Source: Piromyces finnis finn
Lineage: Eukaryota > Fungi > Neocallimastigomycota
Assembly (NCBI GenBank): GCA_002104945.1
Contig: MCFH01000210.1
Location: forward strand, 1-16,473
Length of the DNA stretch: 16,473 nucleotides
Direction: 5' to 3'
Both the position numbers and the translations under genes were made by a program. The notes beneath the pieces are model-generated. The model had not been told where the DNA came from and ran no database searches. It worked only from the letters and a program-made list of their open reading frames with translations. Shown piece after piece: positions 10,140 to 16,473 of the stretch; position 1 is the stretch's first letter; every line of letters starts with the position of its first letter.

Positions 10140-11925
10140 ATGAAAAATATTATTTCATTACCAATTATAATATTAATTACATTATCATTAGCAACTTTTG
10201 CTTGTGCAAAAGTTAGTGAAAAATGTAAAACTAATTTAAAAAAAATTGAAAATGACCAATATTATTTGATATATGTTAATAACACTTTTGGTGAATTTAA
10301 AGTATATTCAAGTAATAAAAAACGTCAAGAATCAAAATCTAATGAATTTATATTTTCATTAGTCGATGATCTTCATAATTTAATTATTGAAAATAAGGAT
10401 ACCTATAAAAATCAAGAAAAGTTTGAAGAATTAGAAAGTAGTAGTCTATTAAATAAAAGAGGAGATAGTAATGATGAAAAAAAATTTTATATCGGTGAAT
10501 CAAGCTTCATATATCCAATATCTTCAGTTGATAATGTTGTGGTCCTAAATGCTTATCTTTCTAAAAACTTGGTAGAAAAGGTTATTAGCTACGATAGTAT
10601 TATTGATGTAGAACCTGATCTACATTCAGCTAAATACCAAAGTTATTATAATAAGGAAGACATATTAAAAGAAACAAACTGGGAAAAACTTGCAGTTAGA
10701 GAAAATGCTGCTTTTTCATTTATCCTTAATTTCGCAAGGACAATATAATAAGAATTTAGTTAATAAATATGATAATAACTATTACTATCCATATTCAGGC
10801 GGTAAAGATGTTGATATTATTATTTTAGATGCAGGTTTCCATTTTAATTATTCAGAATTTTCTAATTCAAATGAACGTAATGCTAAATGTATTGGATACA
10901 TTTTAAATGGTAAATTTTACCAAAGTGAAAAATGTGCATGTGATTTTTATACTCATGGAGATAAAGTCGCAGATGTAGCAGGTGGATTAAAATATGGTGC
11001 AGCTAATAAAGCTAATATCTATGGTATTGCTCATTCAACTGAATATATTACTATAGATGATAGTGATGCAATTGCTGCATTACAACAAATATATGAAAAT
11101 ATGATTCGTCCTCACAAAACCATTATTAGTATTTCTTATTGTATTGTTAGGGAAAAGAAATCATCTTTTTATAAACAATATACTAGTTTAATAGATAAAA
11201 TTACTGAAAAAGGTGGTATCATTGTCTGTTCAGCTGATAATGGATATGGAGAAATAGATGGTGAATCAACTAACTATTATTACCTACCATGCTCATCACC
11301 AAATACTATTTGCGTAGGAGGAATCCAAAATAAGTCAAAATCTAAAATGGATGATGTATATACAAAATCTGAAGGTTCTACCTACGGTAAAGATGTCGAT
11401 ATTTATGCCCCGTTTTGGGTTGAAACAAAAATTATTAAAGATAATAAGGTTATAAATGAATCGGGAAGTGGTAATTCATTTGGTACTCCTTTAGTATCTG
11501 GTATAATAGCTACTATTATTAGTGAAAATTCTAAAATAAAATTTACTAAAAATTCAATGTTGAAATTACTTCTCGATAATGCTATTCCATTTGATTATAA
11601 ACGCAAAACACTTCATATGGTTAACAATGGTAAGCACATTGTATACTCAGAAGATGGGGTTTATTATGGATGTGGAATTAATGCTGGTAATAAATTATGT
11701 TATTCTATGTCAACAACAACTAGATCTACAACTAAAAAAACTACTACTGCTAAAAAAACTACTACTACTAAAAAGACTACTACTACTAAAAAGACTACTA
11801 CTACTAAAAAAACTACTACTACCAATAAAAAAACAACTAATAAAACTACTTCAAAAAAAGCTTCTACTACTAAAAAAGTAACAACTAAAAAAGTAACAAC
11901 TAAAAAAGTTATTACAAAGTTGTAA
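10140..11925 (+). CDS. Secreted subtilisin-like serine protease (peptidase S8) with prodomain and Thr/Lys-rich tail, copy B; one frameshift at ~10712-10716
   Basis: ATG at 10140 (the track's GTG at 10134 is unlikely in a eukaryote). Signal peptide MKNIISLPIIILITLSLATFACA. Removing one T from the T5 run at 10712-10716 joins ORFs 10134-10748 and 10690-11925 as RENAAFHLSLISQG (copy A: RENADLHLSLISQG). Asp 10828-10830 (DIIILDAG), His 10954-10956 (HGDKVA), Asn 11239-11241 (SADNG), Ser 11476-11478 (GNSFGTPLVSG). Confidence 0.9.
11710..11920 (+). repeat. Low-complexity coding repeats TTTTKK (18 nt) and VTTKK (15 nt) in the protease B tail
   Basis: actactactactaaaaa(a/g) repeated about 4 times from ~11740 to 11830; gtaacaactaaaaaa-type units from ~11878 to 11915. 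Confidence 0.85.
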
Positions 11926-12281
11926 CAGTTAATAAAAAAAACAACTAAGAAAAAAATATTAATAATTAAATATAATGATAATAATACATTCATTATATTA
12001 TAAATGTAAATACTATATATATAATATAAAAATATAAAAGATAAAAGATATATTAATGTTGAAAAAAAAAAAAAAAAAAAAAAAACTTTTAAAATAATGT
12101 TACATTAATTAATTAGTTAGTTTAAAACAATGTAAATTTAAATAAAATAATGTAATAAAATATAATTTAAAAAAGTATATACATATACGTGTTTCCAATT
12201 ACTATTAATTAAATTATTTATATATTATCATGATGGTTTTAAGATTTTTAAAATAGATTTCATATATATTATATTTTATTT

Positions 12282-12284
<3 letters not shown>

Positions 12285-12311
<27 letters not shown>
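12285..12311. repeat. Poly(T) tract, 27 nt
   Basis: Uninterrupted T run; one of many long A/T tracts in the window (e.g. A run at ~12062-12085). Confidence 0.85.
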
Positions 12312-12316
<5 letters not shown>

Positions 12317-12534
12317 GGATGACCTCAAGATTGATTCCTTAGTTTTTAATAATTATCTTACAATAAATTATCATTAATTGCTATTGATTTTTATTATAAT
12401 TTTCATGGTAAGGATTAATTTTTTTCTTTGTTTTATCTTTTTTTCTACTAAAAAACTATTAAATAACCTTTTATATATACAACAAAAATTAAACTATATT
12501 AAATTTAATATAATAAGAATTAAAATAAAATTTT

Positions 12535-12606
12535 TAGCAGCGGTATGTTTCGATCATACGACCTGTGGGTTATGAGCCCACCACGCTTCCACTGCGCTAC
12601 GCTGCT
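12535..12606 (-). tRNA. tRNA-iMet (initiator, anticodon CAT)
   Basis: Reverse complement AGCAGCGTAGCGCAGTGGAAGCGTGGTGGGCTCATAACCCACAGGTCGTATGATCGAAACATACCGCTGCTA (72 nt) folds as a full cloverleaf. It has A1:U72, three G:C pairs at the base of the anticodon stem (GGG/CCC) and an AUCGAAA T-loop, all eukaryotic initiator hallmarks. Anticodon at 12574-12572; no intron. Confidence 0.97.
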
Positions 12607-14487
12607 TCTTTCAATTTTTTTTTGTAGTAATTTCTTATTATTGTTTACAGAAATTACTATCTACAATAATATTAACGAATAATATTGTAGTATTATTATG
12701 CGGAAATAAGAAGTATTGAACAAATTAGAATAGAAAATAGAAAGTAAAAATAAAACTTATCGAGTTTATTATAAAGATTTATAATAAACAACCAAACACA
12801 AAGAGTCAAATGGGTCGTAAGTTTTTTTAGTTAAATTACTGATTTATTAGAAGGATATTTTATTTAATTAAAAAGAAAAATGTATTTATGTTATTTATTA
12901 TAACGTATTCCTTTATAATAATAACTCTTGAATTTCTAAGGAATTTCAAGAGTGTTTTATTTATAATTTTATTAAAAATAAGGTTAAATAAACGGGTTCT
13001 AATCTTAACAAATAAAATGTTTAGGAAAAGACTAGAAGAAAAACCTAAACATGATTTTCGATCAATATTCTAGTCATATTGATCTTCGTGTAATTTTAAG
13101 TAAAACCGAATGCTTCTTTAAAGCGAAATCGGGAAAACCTTAAATTCCGATTCCTATTTTATCCGTGCTTAATACAATACATAAAATATAATTAATACAT
13201 AATTTAAAACAATAAGTGTAATGAATATAGTTAGTCAAAATTAAATGTATAAGATAAATAATAAGTAAATAAATTATTTATATTAATTAAATGTACATAA
13301 AAATTAATAATTAAATAAATTTATAAAGTTAATTAAATATATAAGAATATAGCAAGTAAATAAATTTTATATTTTATATAAGTGTATATAAAATTAATAT
13401 TTTAAGTAAATCATAAGTATTAACTAAATGAATGAAATATTAAATAATTTAATAAATTATTAGTAATAGTTGAATGTATAGAAAATAATAATTTAAATAA
13501 ATTTGTATTAAATAATAAGAAATAATAATTATTCAATTATGAATAATTAATATTTCTTACATTTTTTTAAGGAACCAACAAATAATGTTATTCTTGTCAT
13601 AATTAATGATTATGACCTAATCCATTATTGTTCCTAAATGTATGAAAACTTTACAATATTCTTATTTGTAAATTAATGTATACATTTAAATTATATTTAA
13701 AATTATTAATAATTATTTTTATTGAACTTAAATTTTATTTTATTAAACTTAAAAATTAATTTAGTAATAATAATATATTGAAAATTATAGTTTATTGAAC
13801 TTTTAGTTTAATTTATCAAGTTAATGAATTTTTATTAATTAAAATTATGAATAATATTTCTGTAAAATAGTAAAATTCTTTAGTTAAATATATTTAAAGT
13901 AAACTTTTAATGTATGATGTTAATCAATTTAATAATATGTATAAATATTTATTATAATAGTAATGTAATTTTATTGTTCATTTAAAAGTAATTTAAATAC
14001 TAAAATTAATGTAAATAATTAAAGACTAATTCTTTTAATTAACACTACTTAATTTTTTACAAAAAGTATAAAAAGGTGTATATTATAAGAATTAGAAAAT
14101 ATACAGATATTTTTATTTTTATTTTATTTTATAATTTTATATTAATATCTTAATAAAACAATTTTATTAATAAAACAATTTTTCTTATTTCATTTTAATA
14201 TTATTTTTGAGTATTAATAAATTTATTAATATTTTATAAATAAAAGTAAATTCCTCGAACCGTAACATTTTTGATACGCTACTCACATAAAAACATGATA
14301 AAAACTAGCTGAATAAACACGACTTAACCCATAGTAACTTATAATAAAAATAAACAATAATAACCCTTAAAGATGAATGAATAATAATTTTATGAAAATA
14401 TAACCCTTTCTTTAAATAAATAATATTATCTTTATTATATAATAAATTCTGAGTAAAAACGACCTAATAGTGATAATAATAAAATAA

Positions 14488-14604
14488 TTATTAAATAAAA
14501 TAAATTATTAAATAAAATAAATTATTAAATAAAATAAATTATTAAATAAATAAATTATTAAATAAATAAATTATTAAATAAAATAAATTATTAAATAAAA
14601 TAAA
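14488..14604. repeat. 16-17-nt minisatellite (ttattaaataaaataaa), 7 copies
   Basis: Units start at 14488, 14505, 14522, 14539, 14555, 14571 and 14588; copies 4 and 5 are 16 nt. Confidence 0.9.
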
Positions 14605-15512
14605 ACGACTTAATCCAATAATGTACTAAAATAATAAAATAATAATAAATAAATAAAATGAATAAATAAACTAAAAATAAAATGATATACATCAAATTAT
14701 TAATTCTAGTGTTTATCCAAGTGTTCTTTAGAAATACTCTTAAACTTATAAATTAAAAAAAATAACTAATTGAGTATTATTACTAAAATGATAAACTTAA
14801 AACCTGGAAATAGAACAATAATAACAATTCCAAAGATAAAATACAGAACTCTTTTATGTTTCTGTATAAAATGAGTGTTTATAATAATTGATACTTTTAA
14901 TATTTTAATTTTGTTAAATTTTTATTTTAATTTTATTTTAATTTTATTTTAATATTATTTTAATTTTAAATTTTAATTATTTTATTCAAGGTATTATACA
15001 TTTAATGATAGTCAATGATAATTTATAATAATTTTTCTAAATTTAAACATTTTGAAGTAATAAGAAAATCAAATAAGTAATATTCTATAATATTTTATAA
15101 TACTAAGACATAATTTTAATTTATTCTTTTAATTTTAATAAATAATAACAATAGTAATAATAACATTTAATAGTTAAAAATAATAATACATGTAATAAAT
15201 GAAAATGTATAAAAGGAAGATAAAATTCTTCTTTATAAAGGGGGGACAATAAATAGAGAATAAAAAGACCATAAACAGATAATAAATAAATTATAAAATA
15301 TAATAAAGATTTAATTTAAAACATAATAAGAGTTTATTTTCGAGTTTTGAGTGATTTATTTGTTAATTATAAAACATATTTTATTTATTTTAAATTTATT
15401 GTTTCATCATTATAATATAGAATTTATTATTTATTAAAAACATTATATTATTCACAAATATATCGGTCAACGCATCATTTTGATAAATAATTAAATTTAT
15501 AAATTATGAATT

Positions 15513-15514
<2 letters not shown>

Positions 15515-15556
<42 letters not shown>
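15515..15556. repeat. (TAA)14 microsatellite
   Basis: Perfect trinucleotide run counted directly. Confidence 0.95.
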
Positions 15557-15558
<2 letters not shown>

Positions 15559-16473
15559 TTAAAACACAGATAGTGTAAAGATATCAAACGCCACAGATTG
15601 ATATCTTTAATGTAACTTAAGCCATAAATATCATTGTTTAAGTTACACGAATTATATTACAGAAAAAGAAAATGGGACATAATTTATTTATTAATAATTA
15701 AAGTTTAAAACAAAATAAATTATTAGTTTATTCTTAATGTTTAACAAATAAATTAAAATTCTCAATTCAAACCCCTAGTTTTAGTATTGTTTTGTAATAG
15801 AAATAGACATCTAGTATATAATTATTAAATGTTTAATATATCAATATACATGGGCACATATTCAAATTGAATAGTACTTAATTTGAATTGCCAATTGTAT
15901 TTTACTAAAAATAGTTATAGTTTAAAATATTTATTAATAATTAAGATTTTAGTGTAGATTTTAAATAATATATATAAGAAATAATAGTTATAATATAATA
16001 TAAATGTATTTAGGAAAAATATAAATAGAAGATATTTTTCATCATTTTATCGATGTAATTATTATTAAAATTCTATTATAATAAAAAGATATTTTTAATA
16101 AAACAATTTTTTTATTTTTATTTAAATTTAGTGTTATTGTAATAGAATAGATATCCTAATCTATTCTTTCTGTGTCGCCATTACAGATAGTTAAAAATTA
16201 AAATAATTAACTTGTATAAAATTATTAAATTAAAAATTATAAATGTAAACTTTTTTTTATTTAATTGTTTATTTATTTTTAAATTAAATAGTTTATATTT
16301 GTTTATAATTATACTTTTATATTATTATAATAATTGTGATAGAATTATTTTATTTTAAAAGATGTTCCTAATAATCCAGTAAAATTAGATAATAATATTA
16401 AATTTTATTAAATAATAGTTGTGATTATATTTACATACATTCAAGATGTATTAAACCATAACATATATATATT

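Noticed and set aside
269-11925. Programmed phase variation or ribosomal frameshifting as the cause of the broken ORFs
   Set aside because: Indels are too many per gene, occur in both directions and some lie outside long runs; assembly error is far more parsimonious without read data.
11579-11993. ORFs 11579-11881 (+) and 11700-11993 (-)
   Set aside because: Off-frame and antisense readings of the protease B tail.
12378-12575. 65-aa + strand ORF
   Set aside because: Overlaps the tRNA antisense, has a non-ATG start and low-complexity AT-driven composition.
12285-12606. tRNA head + ~220 nt + poly(A) on the minus strand as a SINE
   Set aside because: The tRNA is a perfect cloverleaf, T4 runs follow within 10 nt and should stop Pol III, long A/T tracts are ubiquitous here, and no target-site duplication was seen.
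12888-13145. 61-aa ORF and a neighbouring-frame peptide (NMIFDQYSSHIDLRVILSKTECFF)
   Set aside because: Too short, with no motif I can support; only the hairpin was kept.
14250-15480. Mitochondrial-derived (NUMT) sequence
   Set aside because: No recognisable respiratory-chain or rRNA motif, and anaerobic gut fungi have hydrogenosomes without a known genome.

Overview
Extremely AT-rich eukaryotic DNA with long A/T-tract intergenic spacers and genes that need no introns to reconstruct. Composition and gene families point to an anaerobic gut fungus (Neocallimastigomycota); this is inference from recognition, not a search result. The ORF track is fragmented because almost every gene carries single-base indels, mostly in homopolymer runs, consistent with an unpolished assembly or, less likely, real decay. 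Joining frames by hand gives six protein genes: (1) 269-893 (+) secreted protein with 13-aa repeats, a Lys/Thr linker and a C-terminal CBM18/hevein chitin-binding domain; (2) 1929-2640 (-) Cys-rich protein with signal peptide and GPI-type tail; (3) 3438-4627 (+) protein with about 8 ankyrin repeats; (4) 4835-5838 (+) orphan, probably secreted; (5, 6) two tandem paralogous secreted S8 subtilisin-like proteases (6625-~8852 and 10140-11925). Both proteases end in what looks like the first third of a hevein domain followed by a Thr/Lys-rich repeat tail. A eukaryotic initiator tRNA-Met lies at 12535-12606 (-). The last ~3.8 kb has no convincing gene, only tandem repeats, hairpins and possible decayed sequence. 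No CRISPR, rRNA or recognisable transposase was seen.
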